This document shows positions 29,724-38,454 of a stretch of DNA of 50,871 bases, one piece after another. This DNA comes from a virus (taxonomy: Duplodnaviria > Caudoviricetes), in the IMG/VR virus record IMGVR_UViG_3300025502_000029, positions 1-50,871 of that record. One strand, written 5' to 3'. Positions within the stretch are counted from its first letter, which is position 1. Each line of letters begins with the position of its first letter. The notes beneath the pieces are model-generated. The model worked only from the letters and a program-made list of their open reading frames with translations, was not told where the DNA came from and did not search any database. The translations under genes were made by a program, and so were the position numbers.

Positions 29724-29745
29724 AATATAAGTTTCCCTTGCAATT

Positions 29746-29946
29746 TTATTCAGTTACTTCTTCAGTTTTTTCTTCCACTGTTTCCTCGGGTGCGTTTGCT
29801 TTGATAAATGCATCAAATTTATCACGAAGTTTACCCACGGAAGTAAGTTCCTCACCCTTAAAGGCACCTCTCTGCGAACAAGCATCAATAATGTTGACGA
29901 CAATGACAAAATCGTTTAGTGCGATATTTGTAGGTTGGTCAGCCAT
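29746..29946 (-). CDS. Conserved-looking hypothetical protein
   Basis: IIDACSQRGAFKGEELTSVGKLRDK; between gp45 and gp44 with an RBS. Confidence 0.75.
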   Translation of the reverse strand: MADQPTNIALNDFVIVVNIIDACSQRGAFKGEELTSVGKLRDKFDAFIKANAPEETVEEKTEEVTE

Positions 29947-29948
29947 GC

Positions 29949-30617
29949 TTAGTTTCCTTTCTTATATGTTGATTTCGATTCGATTGCAATAAAGTATTTA
30001 ATGCCATTGCCTTCGAATTTGGAAATACCCTTGGAACAAAGAGTGACTTTATAGTCCTGCGGCAATAGCTTTAGGTTTTCAGTCTTAATAACCAACTGGA
30101 AGGTATCATCAGTAGCACCGATTTCAATCTCGTGATTATCTGATGTGGGGTTTGCACTATCAACCGCACTGATGTAACAAGCACCATCACGACCAACAAA
30201 CGCAATCTCTGGCAGATTAAGAACACCGGCCGCTTTTAGAACTGATTGGATATCATCCCAGGCAACATTAACTTTTACATCCTCAGATGGAACATTAATT
30301 TCCTTTTCAGGTGGTACAATTACCATTGAGATATCAGCAAACACATATTTGGTTTTACGCTTACCGTCTTTGATATAGCAAACTTTGCTATCTTGAAAGT
30401 CAATTTCGGGATTTTCGTATAGACTACACATAGACAAAAAGCGTGATGTGTCATAAATGCACGCTTGTATCGGAAATTCATCAGTAATAGATGCAATTGC
30501 CATAACTGTTTTCTGTGGACTGATTGTGCGAAGTTCCGAACCTGGCTTGAATACAACCGATGGGTTGATTGTTGCAAAATTCTTTAGAATTGTGAGCGTC
30601 TGTTCTGAAAGTTTCAT
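29949..30617 (-). CDS. 45: Sliding clamp gp45
   Basis: MKLSEQTLTILKNFATINPS...ENLKLLPQDYKV...YFIAIE. Confidence 0.95.
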   Translation of the reverse strand: MKLSEQTLTILKNFATINPSVVFKPGSELRTISPQKTVMAIASITDEFPIQACIYDTSRFLSMCSLYENPEIDFQDSKVCYIKDGKRKTKYVFADISMVIVPPEKEINVPSEDVKVNVAWDDIQSVLKAAGVLNLPEIAFVGRDGACYISAVDSANPTSDNHEIEIGATDDTFQLVIKTENLKLLPQDYKVTLCSKGISKFEGNGIKYFIAIESKSTYKKGN

Positions 30618-30666
30618 AGTTTCTCCTTATTCACTTTTTCATAATATAGGCAATTGCCTTAGGTTT

Positions 30667-30695
30667 ATAATATAACATTTGTATATAGATGTCAA
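30667..30695 (-). promoter_or_regulatory. Sigma70-type early/middle promoter for gp45
   Basis: TTGACA-17 nt-TATTAT. Confidence 0.7.
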
Positions 30696-30699
30696 TCAT

Positions 30700-31038
30700 T
30701 TAGTTCATGAAGACATCTATATTTACTTTGGTCGAAGTTTTATTAAACTTTTGCTTTACAGCTTCTTCTAGATCAATGCCGTAGCAACTAGCTAGTAGAT
30801 CAAGAGTTATAAGAACATCGCCCATTTCTTCCAGTAGGTTTTCGAGTAATTCTTCTTCTGTATTTTTATTCCCGATAATACCATTTCGAGCTCTATAGAG
30901 TTTCTTTACTGCATTTAGTAGTTCACCAGCTTCACCTGAGAATTCGACGGCCCTGAATAGCACATCTACTTTATCAGAACCTACCCAGTGCTTTTGCCGT
31001 TCTGCATTCTTTTCTCGCAGTTCACGTAGAATACTCAT
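30700..31038 (-). CDS. MazG-like nucleotide pyrophosphohydrolase
   Basis: GEAGELLNAVKK...EEMGDVL acidic motif. Confidence 0.85.
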   Translation of the reverse strand: MSILRELREKNAERQKHWVGSDKVDVLFRAVEFSGEAGELLNAVKKLYRARNGIIGNKNTEEELLENLLEEMGDVLITLDLLASCYGIDLEEAVKQKFNKTSTKVNIDVFMN

Positions 31039-31907
31039 GGTCTAATTCCTAACTTTTTCTTTTTGTAATTTTTTGGATTTGATTTTTTAGTCGAAGTAGG
31101 TGACGCACCTAGTTTTGCAATTGAGGACATATCACCCCTAAAGATATATGTACCTACATGGTTTAGTTTAATCCATGGGCACATATAAACTGAAAGACCA
31201 ATTTTTCGTGTATTCCAACAAAAGAAATAATCCTCTGATAGATATCGGCGAGTTTCAGGATCGATTCCGCAATCAAAATATGCCATAATATCCTTAGAGC
31301 CATCAAAGTGTGCAGTTCGTGCATGGTCGGGCTTGTAGTTTAGTTCAGGATAAGCATTTTCATATATGTTAAAAGTAGTTTGTGGAATTAGCATGAAACC
31401 AGTACCTGCCTCTGCAACTTCAACTGGTTCATCAATTCTAAATGAAGATCCACCTACTACAGGATTAAAAACAAAATCTGATGCATATGTGCTTAGTTGA
31501 AACGGATTATCAGTAATCTTCTTCTCTACTGCTGCCTGAATCTTTTCCCACGCAATTGTTTTCTTAGGATATGGGGCAGTTATCACATGATATTTGTCTG
31601 GGTAGCTTACTTGAATGCCGAGCATGGAAAGCACATCATTGGCATTAAAACCAATATCAGAATCAATGAACATTAAATGTGTGTAGTCAGAACGTAGGAA
31701 TTCATCGACGCAATAATTGCGCGCGCGGGTAATTAAGCTCTCATTAAAAAGATAATAGAAATTTACCCTAATACCATATTTAGCACACAGAGTAGCAAGA
31801 TCGGTAGTAGACTTTGCAAAAAGACCTGAACAATTCCCACCAAACATTGGTACTCCAACGAACAAAGAGTACTTCCTAAGTTCTTCTACGGTTATTTCTA
31901 ATTTCAT
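31035..31907 (-). CDS. GT-A fold glycosyltransferase-like protein
   Basis: ESLITRARN, THLMFIDSDI (DxD), GTGFMLI, YLSEDYFFC, LNHVG. Confidence 0.8.
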   Translation of the reverse strand: MKLEITVEELRKYSLFVGVPMFGGNCSGLFAKSTTDLATLCAKYGIRVNFYYLFNESLITRARNYCVDEFLRSDYTHLMFIDSDIGFNANDVLSMLGIQVSYPDKYHVITAPYPKKTIAWEKIQAAVEKKITDNPFQLSTYASDFVFNPVVGGSSFRIDEPVEVAEAGTGFMLIPQTTFNIYENAYPELNYKPDHARTAHFDGSKDIMAYFDCGIDPETRRYLSEDYFFCWNTRKIGLSVYMCPWIKLNHVGTYIFRGDMSSIAKLGASPTSTKKSNPKNYKKKKLGIRP

Positions 31908-32536
31908 CGAGTAATCATTTCCAAATCAGCCTCTGCTCGCAGGATTGCTTGTATTCTTAATATATCTGCTAGGATATCCCACGAACTGTCATGTAACTGA
32001 AACACTTGTTCCCAGAACTTTTCATCCTGAATAGGAATAAACGAGTTTACTTTAGGGAAGTCAAGTTTTGCATCAATAAATGTTCTTGTGTCTCGTACCT
32101 TCCAATGCGGCAGATACTCCTTTAAATGTAGTTCTTTCTGTTGCGACTCAAATAGTCTCCAAAGAATAGGAGGGTCAAATGAGTTCGAACGAGACCACCA
32201 ATAGTTAATCTTGCCAGCATCAGTTAGATATGATAGAAAATCCAAGGTAAACTCTGACACAGTTTTATCAGATTTCAGTGGTAAAATCTTCTTTTGAATC
32301 TCGGGCGGTTGATCCTGCCAGAATTGTATAGTGCTATCATATACCTTCCATTGATATTTGTCAACCTGTTCCTTAACGGAAAGTTTGGATTTTTGCATAT
32401 CGGCAATTGATCTTGTCGTATATGGGTTCGCTGAAATCATTTTATCAGTATCAAATACAAAATATGAGCAGTCAATAACTGCACAATCATATACATTAGT
32501 ACCGAAAGTTTCAAAGTCGATGATGGCATGGCGCAT
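31904..32536 (-). CDS. dexA: DexA-like 3'-5' exonuclease (DEDDh)
   Basis: IIDFETFG, WSRSNSFDPPIL, WKVRDTRT, HDSSWD. Confidence 0.75.
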   Translation of the reverse strand: MRHAIIDFETFGTNVYDCAVIDCSYFVFDTDKMISANPYTTRSIADMQKSKLSVKEQVDKYQWKVYDSTIQFWQDQPPEIQKKILPLKSDKTVSEFTLDFLSYLTDAGKINYWWSRSNSFDPPILWRLFESQQKELHLKEYLPHWKVRDTRTFIDAKLDFPKVNSFIPIQDEKFWEQVFQLHDSSWDILADILRIQAILRAEADLEMITR

Positions 32537-32549
32537 TTATTTAATTCCT

Positions 32550-33740
32550 TTATGTACCGAAGAATCGTTCAATATTATCTTCCTCAACTACAGTAGCATG
32601 CTTCGTAATAGCAGCCGCGAAGATAGTTTCTAGTTTATGTTTAAAGTTTATATCTGAATTCTGTGCATAAGCCCTATCGGCGAGATCTTGCCTATCTGTA
32701 ATAGTCAAGTTGCTAAATTCAGCAACAGCTTTGATGAACTCTTGCTTTGTTCTTACTACCCGTATGTACCGTTTTTTCATTACATCGTCGCACATCTCTA
32801 GTGCTGGATGATTGTTTCCCTTAGTACCAAAAACAATTAATGGCACACCTCGTACTAGCGATTCAAACGAAGTAATTGTAAATGTATCATAAGGTGCCAG
32901 CCCGACGAATGTACACAAAGAAGTAGAGATATGATTCATTATGACATCGTGTGGTTGATCAAAGAGTGTTACTCTAAGTGGGTCGGAAGCAAACTTAGCA
33001 AGATTTTTTTTACCATATTCTTTTATCTTTTCGTCTGATGAAAGATAAGCTGTCGTAGTAAATACTTCTGATTTATATTCAGTACCACTAAGAACTTCAT
33101 GTATACCAAATGTTTTCTTGCCGGGATTCATTGCTGACACGTGTCGGATAATATCATCCGATACCTTTGCAATATGCTTTTGCTCGGTATAGATACTATG
33201 CAGAACATCGTCAGCTTTTAACTCGTCAAAATCCCATTCAGATCTGGTCTTTGCATAATATTTTTCAAACTTTGTTTTATGAAAGTCTGAAACACATAGC
33301 GCATAAATTGATCTTCTAGTAAGTTTATAGAATAGATTTGCATTGTTCAGATCGGTAAAAAAACCTGGCATTGCATGATTTTGGTATATAATAGGCACAT
33401 CGACAATAGATGTGAGTTTAGAATATACCGAATTTACATCGTGATTTGAGAAGATTAGATCGGGCTTATACTTAATGATATCAGCATATAAAGACTCGAG
33501 TATTTCTTTCCTGCGAGTCTTATAATATGCTTTTACACCAGATGCTTCTAAATCTTTATTGTAAATAAAAACATTATGTTTAGTTTCATCTAAATTACTT
33601 GCTAGAGCAAATACGCGAGTATCATGCCCCATAGCAGAAACAAGTTTCATAGTACTCATCATAGAAACATCAATTCCACTATGGAACTTAGTTTCGGAAA
33701 GGTATGTTTTTAGGGTATATGGTATGAAATAAATTTTCAT
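32550..33740 (-). CDS. GT-B fold glycosyltransferase
   Basis: GHDTRVF, KPDLIF, DTFTITSFESLVRGVPLIV (GT4-like signature); ATGA overlap with the upstream gene. Confidence 0.7.
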   Translation of the reverse strand: MKIYFIPYTLKTYLSETKFHSGIDVSMMSTMKLVSAMGHDTRVFALASNLDETKHNVFIYNKDLEASGVKAYYKTRRKEILESLYADIIKYKPDLIFSNHDVNSVYSKLTSIVDVPIIYQNHAMPGFFTDLNNANLFYKLTRRSIYALCVSDFHKTKFEKYYAKTRSEWDFDELKADDVLHSIYTEQKHIAKVSDDIIRHVSAMNPGKKTFGIHEVLSGTEYKSEVFTTTAYLSSDEKIKEYGKKNLAKFASDPLRVTLFDQPHDVIMNHISTSLCTFVGLAPYDTFTITSFESLVRGVPLIVFGTKGNNHPALEMCDDVMKKRYIRVVRTKQEFIKAVAEFSNLTITDRQDLADRAYAQNSDINFKHKLETIFAAAITKHATVVEEDNIERFFGT

Positions 33741-34393
33741 TTTGATTTTAACCAAGCATCATATTGTTCACGCCATTCTGGATATTCGTCTTTCAGTAGG
33801 ACCCATTGCAGTTTAGTATCAGTATGTTCTGCCTTTTTATTCCAAATTACCCACATATAACTTATCATGCCGCCTATCTGTTCTTCCAAATTAACCGGCT
33901 CAATTTCTTTGCTACCAAAATTAACCCGATCCGATAAGATAATTATATCACTGGGTGGGTTATTTGTAAACAACTTATATCGTTTCATACCTTCCAAAAA
34001 TGTCAATCTGACAAAGAAAGCAACGTAGTCATATTCGGCAACAAACTTTTCAGCAAGTTTCCTAGGTAAGTCTTTATGATAAGGGGGGTTTGTGACAACG
34101 CCATCATAATCTTCTATTTTAGGAAGAAGCATTGCATCATAACTAGTTTTGATCGGAAGCAATGCTTCTTTATAATAGTTTAAATCTGAGCAATGTAATG
34201 TATGTCCGTTGCGTTCTAACTCTATAGCAATATTGCCAAAGCCAGCACAAGGCTCGACTATTTTCTTGGGTACTTTTGTGTATTTGCAAAGAATATAAGT
34301 AGCAAGAGGCGGGGTTCTATACAAATCATTTTTATTTCTATTAGGGTCAGATTGATCTACACCAGAATAGATATGCTTCAAGGTCTTTGTCAT
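33737..34393 (-). CDS. Amino-methyltransferase (N6-adenine/N4-cytosine DNA MTase-like)
   Basis: DLYRTP, EPCAGFG (motif I) and VTNPPY (motif IV). Confidence 0.85.
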   Translation of the reverse strand: MTKTLKHIYSGVDQSDPNRNKNDLYRTPPLATYILCKYTKVPKKIVEPCAGFGNIAIELERNGHTLHCSDLNYYKEALLPIKTSYDAMLLPKIEDYDGVVTNPPYHKDLPRKLAEKFVAEYDYVAFFVRLTFLEGMKRYKLFTNNPPSDIIILSDRVNFGSKEIEPVNLEEQIGGMISYMWVIWNKKAEHTDTKLQWVLLKDEYPEWREQYDAWLKSK

Positions 34394-34415
34394 AATATAT
34401 CCATCATAAAGAAAC

Positions 34416-34423
34416 TATTTATA
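34416..34423 (-). promoter_or_regulatory. Late promoter TATAAATA before the methyltransferase
   Basis: Exact consensus 23 nt upstream of the ATG at 34393. Confidence 0.65.
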
Positions 34424-34429
34424 TAGATC

Positions 34430-34675
34430 TTAGTCTAGTTTATCTGAGTTCATAAACGTAACTGAAATATCCCCTACCTCTGATAACATTGGTCTTGAGA
34501 TCTCATCCCACTTGATAGTCCATTTGGTATTGTGGGTATAAGGATCTGGTGAAACTACAACTCTTTTTATTCCAGATTGGATTATTGCTTTAGTACAATC
34601 TGGACATAGTGGCAGACCCAAAACATATATTGTCGAATCTTTAACTGATACACCACTACGAATCATATTTTTCAA
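34430..34675 (-). pseudogene. Orphan C-terminal half of a second dCMP deaminase
   Basis: GVSVKDSTIYVLGLPLCPDCTKAIIQSGIKRVV retains PxCxxC but has no HAE half and no good start. Confidence 0.75.
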
Positions 34676-35066
34676 TTTTCAACCCTAGCTTTCTTAGAAG
34701 TTTTATACCACTATCATCTCTATACTCTATATCATAATATACTTCTTTTATCCCAGCAACATAAATTTGCTTTGCACATTCGATACACGGAGAATGTGTT
34801 ACAAAAATTATGGCACCTTCCGAACTTTCATTAGATTTCGCAAGTTTTGCAATACAATTTGCTTCTGCATGCAATACTTCTATCTTAGTATTTCCATTTT
34901 CATCTTCACAGCTATTATCAAAACCTGATGGAGTCCCATTATAACCAATTGATAAAATTCTATCATCTTTTACTGCAATTGCACCAACTTTCAGTCTTTT
35001 TGCTTTTGATAATTCGGAAAATATATATGCAACTTTCATAAACGAAGCCTTAACCTCTTGTTTCAT
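34656..35066 (-). CDS. cd: dCMP deaminase
   Basis: VGAI, GYNGTP, HAEAN and SPCIECAK motifs. Confidence 0.93.
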   Translation of the reverse strand: MKQEVKASFMKVAYIFSELSKAKRLKVGAIAVKDDRILSIGYNGTPSGFDNSCEDENGNTKIEVLHAEANCIAKLAKSNESSEGAIIFVTHSPCIECAKQIYVAGIKEVYYDIEYRDDSGIKLLRKLGLKIEKYDS

Positions 35067-35161
35067 TTTTTAAGTCTACCCCTGACAAATGATTCTGGTA
35101 TTGTATCATCTTTGGGTATTTGTCTTTCAATTATATCAGTTATAAGTATAAGCTTGCTCAT
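35063..35161 (-). pseudogene. 32-codon chimeric remnant ending in a homing-endonuclease-like tail
   Basis: MSKLILITDIIERQIPKDDTIPESFVRGRLKK; the tail resembles the IPENEIPNDYIRGR repeat of the HNH at 39799-41004. Confidence 0.5.
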
Positions 35162-36013
35162 TTAGATATCATAATCAAATTTTACATTCATTTGCTTTTC
35201 GCGGTCAAGTGGCTCGCCATATGAGTTTCGATAGTCTTGATTGCGCCGGATTGTTTCCTCTAGTAATGTAAAATCCCTGTCCTGTCCTCGAGCAAACATA
35301 ACAAATGCAGCGGTATCTTTCACGAAGCAACTTCCACCGAAACCGGATCTTCCATCATGGCCTGGTACCATAGTATGTGAGGGTCCGATCCTTGGGTCAG
35401 TGCCTATGGCCTTTATAATGGTAGAATAATTGCTACCAAACTGTTCTACAATATCATGGAACTGGTTAAAGAATAGCACCTTCGAAGCAAGAAATGAATT
35501 CATACCATATTTTACAAAACTGGCTTCATCGGCCGTCATGTGATATACTGGGCAGGGTTTGCACGCACTATACTTCTCATAGATCTTTTCTAGTTCTTCA
35601 GTCCTAGCAGGCGACCCACCAAATACATGCATAATTGGATTTACAAAATCTTCATTTGCTGATTTTTCAGTAAGAAATTCTGGGTTGTAGATCACTCGGT
35701 CACTCTTTGCAAGTTCTTGTATGATGCTAGGTATAACGGTAGATTTTACTACCACGAGTCCTTCTGTGTGTAAAAGCAATTTTGAAATAGTATCAATTAA
35801 TATACTAGCATCAATACTTGCATCATTACCCATTGGAGTAGGAACACATACAAATGACACCTGTATACCAAGTCCAACTAGACTATCTACGGCGGTGCCA
35901 TATTTTGGATCAATGATAATTTTATCGCAATTGGTATCTGTAAAGCCATAATCAACCGCAGCCCCGACAAAGCCATGGCCGACAATCGCCATTTTCAATT
36001 TTTTCTTGCTCAT
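35162..36013 (-). CDS. UDP-glucose/GDP-mannose dehydrogenase family (short form)
   Basis: GHGFVG, CVPTP, VVKSTV, NPEFL, KYGMNSFLA, DPRIG and GFGGSCFVKD (catalytic Cys). Confidence 0.9.
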   Translation of the reverse strand: MSKKKLKMAIVGHGFVGAAVDYGFTDTNCDKIIIDPKYGTAVDSLVGLGIQVSFVCVPTPMGNDASIDASILIDTISKLLLHTEGLVVVKSTVIPSIIQELAKSDRVIYNPEFLTEKSANEDFVNPIMHVFGGSPARTEELEKIYEKYSACKPCPVYHMTADEASFVKYGMNSFLASKVLFFNQFHDIVEQFGSNYSTIIKAIGTDPRIGPSHTMVPGHDGRSGFGGSCFVKDTAAFVMFARGQDRDFTLLEETIRRNQDYRNSYGEPLDREKQMNVKFDYDI

Positions 36014-36876
36014 ATATTCCATCCGTTTTGTTTCAATATATTAATATAGTCGAATAATTCTCTAGTAGGTTCCCAACCCAGGGCTTTAGTCTTATTACTT
36101 ACCACTGGAGCTGACATTCGGTTACCTCTGCGTTCTGGTAGATGTTCGATTGGTTGCTCAAATAGCTCTGCAACTTGCTGAATAGTAAACCCTGATGGAT
36201 TACCGATGCCGTATTCATCACCGTGACCATTTTCACCGATTAGAACTAGAGCATCAACGATATCATCAATGTGTGTAAAATTGCGGGCTTGTGTCCCAGG
36301 AAGAACTACCGGTAAAGGCTTATTTTGTCTAGCCAATTCTTTGTATTTAGCAATAAGTGTAGCATATTTTCCATCACTTATTTCACGTCCACCATATACA
36401 TTATAGAAATATGTTATAGCATAATCAAACCCATACCACTCAGCATATTGTTTTACTAACTCAGTATTTGATGCCTTTGACCAAGTATAGGGGCTTTGTA
36501 CATAACCTGGGGTATGATCTGCATATTTAGTCGATGAACCAGCATAAATTAATTTAGACTTATTTTTCTGCACATATTTTAGTACTTCATATGTGCCAAG
36601 TTTATTGTATTGCCATACCAAGTTAATATCATCGAAGCTTTGTTCTACTCGTGAATATTCACCTAAATGAAATATAATATCGAACCGTATAGTTCTAAAA
36701 ATATTATTAATCAATTCAGTAGACCCAGAAATATAGTTCACGCCTGGTACATGATTTCTTGTACTTCCAGTAAAATAATTATCCAATGATGTTACCGAAT
36801 GACCCATTGAATATAGACGCTCACAAAGGTGGCTGCCAACAAAGCCGGCGCCACCAGTTACGAGTATTTTACTCAT
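36010..36876 (-). CDS. NAD-dependent nucleotide-sugar epimerase/dehydratase
   Basis: MSKILVTGGAGFVGSHL, YTWSK (YxxxK), YNVYG, RNFTHIDD. Confidence 0.92.
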   Translation of the reverse strand: MSKILVTGGAGFVGSHLCERLYSMGHSVTSLDNYFTGSTRNHVPGVNYISGSTELINNIFRTIRFDIIFHLGEYSRVEQSFDDINLVWQYNKLGTYEVLKYVQKNKSKLIYAGSSTKYADHTPGYVQSPYTWSKASNTELVKQYAEWYGFDYAITYFYNVYGGREISDGKYATLIAKYKELARQNKPLPVVLPGTQARNFTHIDDIVDALVLIGENGHGDEYGIGNPSGFTIQQVAELFEQPIEHLPERRGNRMSAPVVSNKTKALGWEPTRELFDYINILKQNGWNI

Positions 36877-38086
36877 GAATATTATTCCTTCCTTCTGGAT
36901 AATGTTTGATCTGAAACTCTGGAATTTCCTTTTGTTCAGGTGTATCAAAGTTAGCTACCAATTTCATGCCATAATTATTTACATCATGTACAATATCAAC
37001 GTCTTTTTTAAGAATGGGTACATTTTGTCTAGCCGGTTGGCCGGTGTGTTTATTTACAATCTTATCTAGATTTACAAAGTGATGTATTCTACCATATCGT
37101 TCCATCAATTCAACACAGTCTGGGTGCATTTCGTAGAGCATCTGTGATTTACGCATTGCAGAATCGTCGGAATAATTATTATAGATTTCGGCGGTGTTGC
37201 CGCCTTTAACTGAACCAGTCTTAAGTTTACCACACAAGCCAAAATAGAATAACATTGTGCACATGCCTTCTTTTAGAGCACGAATTGAAAGATCTACGTC
37301 TTCGTTATATTTGCCCCGCCAACGGATATCAATATCATTATCAATCAAGAAGCATGACATGATACGAGTGTTTAGAATATAAGGAGGGTAGTCACATTTA
37401 TCAACAGCAAAGAATTTATATTGTAGCCCCGCGAGTGCTATATTCTCAAACCGATCAACAAAATCTTCAGTAGAACTAAAAAGGCTACCGCCCTCGTCAA
37501 CTCTATATCGCTTATTTCTGTGAAGCCTCCAGAACTCTGACATATTATCATCCATTAGCCAGTGGCGCTTAAAGCCATTTGCTCTAGAGTGTTCCCAGCA
37601 CCAGTTACGAGCAGGACCTGATCCTTTACCGTGGTTGCTGAATGGTAGTTTCAACACCTTTGCTGGGTCAATGACAGCACAGTAGTTGTCATATTCTTGG
37701 GGCTCTACTGCAATATAGTATGGCACACCCATATTTTCTAGCGCTCTAGAGGTGTGGCGTGTTTCCCAGCGACCTTTGGAAATGATGTAAATAGGGTATC
37801 TTGGCAGATATTGATCTTTTTTGTCCTCAAGAATATATCGCTTAGACATGTTCTTTTCACGCTCTCTTACTGGAAACCAAACTGAATTGGTTCGGTCAGT
37901 AAGGCTTAAATTAAGCTTATCAGAAAACTCTTGTCGTGCCGCCTTTGTGCGAAATTTTATATCTAATTGTCTGCCCTCTTTTTGTTCCTTCTGTGAGAAA
38001 CCTGGCATACCCGCAGCATACCATTGAGCATATGGATCGCGCCACATGTTCTGTAATTCTTCTACTGTATCAATTGTAGTTAGCAT
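36869..38086 (-). CDS. GREB1/TAGT/JGT-like glycosyltransferase with N-terminal accessory domain
   Basis: YPIYIISKGR, RNWCWEH, WLMDDN, RIMSCFLI, WRGKYNEDVDLSIRAL, KGGNT; N-terminal GMPGFSQ...TNSVWFP domain. Confidence 0.75.
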   Translation of the reverse strand: MLTTIDTVEELQNMWRDPYAQWYAAGMPGFSQKEQKEGRQLDIKFRTKAARQEFSDKLNLSLTDRTNSVWFPVREREKNMSKRYILEDKKDQYLPRYPIYIISKGRWETRHTSRALENMGVPYYIAVEPQEYDNYCAVIDPAKVLKLPFSNHGKGSGPARNWCWEHSRANGFKRHWLMDDNMSEFWRLHRNKRYRVDEGGSLFSSTEDFVDRFENIALAGLQYKFFAVDKCDYPPYILNTRIMSCFLIDNDIDIRWRGKYNEDVDLSIRALKEGMCTMLFYFGLCGKLKTGSVKGGNTAEIYNNYSDDSAMRKSQMLYEMHPDCVELMERYGRIHHFVNLDKIVNKHTGQPARQNVPILKKDVDIVHDVNNYGMKLVANFDTPEQKEIPEFQIKHYPEGRNNIHE

Positions 38087-38090
38087 ATGT

Positions 38091-38414
38091 TTAATCACCC
38101 ATAAAGTTAAAGATACCACTGTTACTGTTATCGTTTTCTGTTTCATATATTATAGTTTTTGTTTTAGGAGACACGACGATACCAGATTGTTTGACGAATT
38201 CCTTGACATCTTCCTCAGTATCAAAGCTCATGAAAAGGCTTTGCCATTCCTCTGGAAACTCAGGGTCAACATTTTTAGGTTTTACAGATGGCTTGTATTC
38301 TTCAGGAACATCACCGAGAAAATCCCCTAGTGAGTTCTTGGAAAGATTATCTGCGGAAACGTATCCGACAAAATCTTCGTATTCTTCTGACGTATCAATT
38401 TCGTAATTCTTCAT
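38091..38414 (-). CDS. Acidic protein resembling the N-terminal domain of the adjacent glycosyltransferase
   Basis: FDTEEDVKEFVKQSGIVVSPKTKTIIY aligns by eye with FRTKAARQEFSDKLNLSLTDRTNSVWF. Confidence 0.7.
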   Translation of the reverse strand: MKNYEIDTSEEYEDFVGYVSADNLSKNSLGDFLGDVPEEYKPSVKPKNVDPEFPEEWQSLFMSFDTEEDVKEFVKQSGIVVSPKTKTIIYETENDNSNSGIFNFMGD

Positions 38415-38425
38415 GTAATATATCC

Positions 38426-38454
38426 TTTATATACCGATTTTCTCTATATGTCAA
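38426..38454 (-). promoter_or_regulatory. Sigma70-type promoter heading the glycosyltransferase cluster
   Basis: TTGACA-17 nt-TATAAA with AATCGGTA immediately before the -10. Confidence 0.7.
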
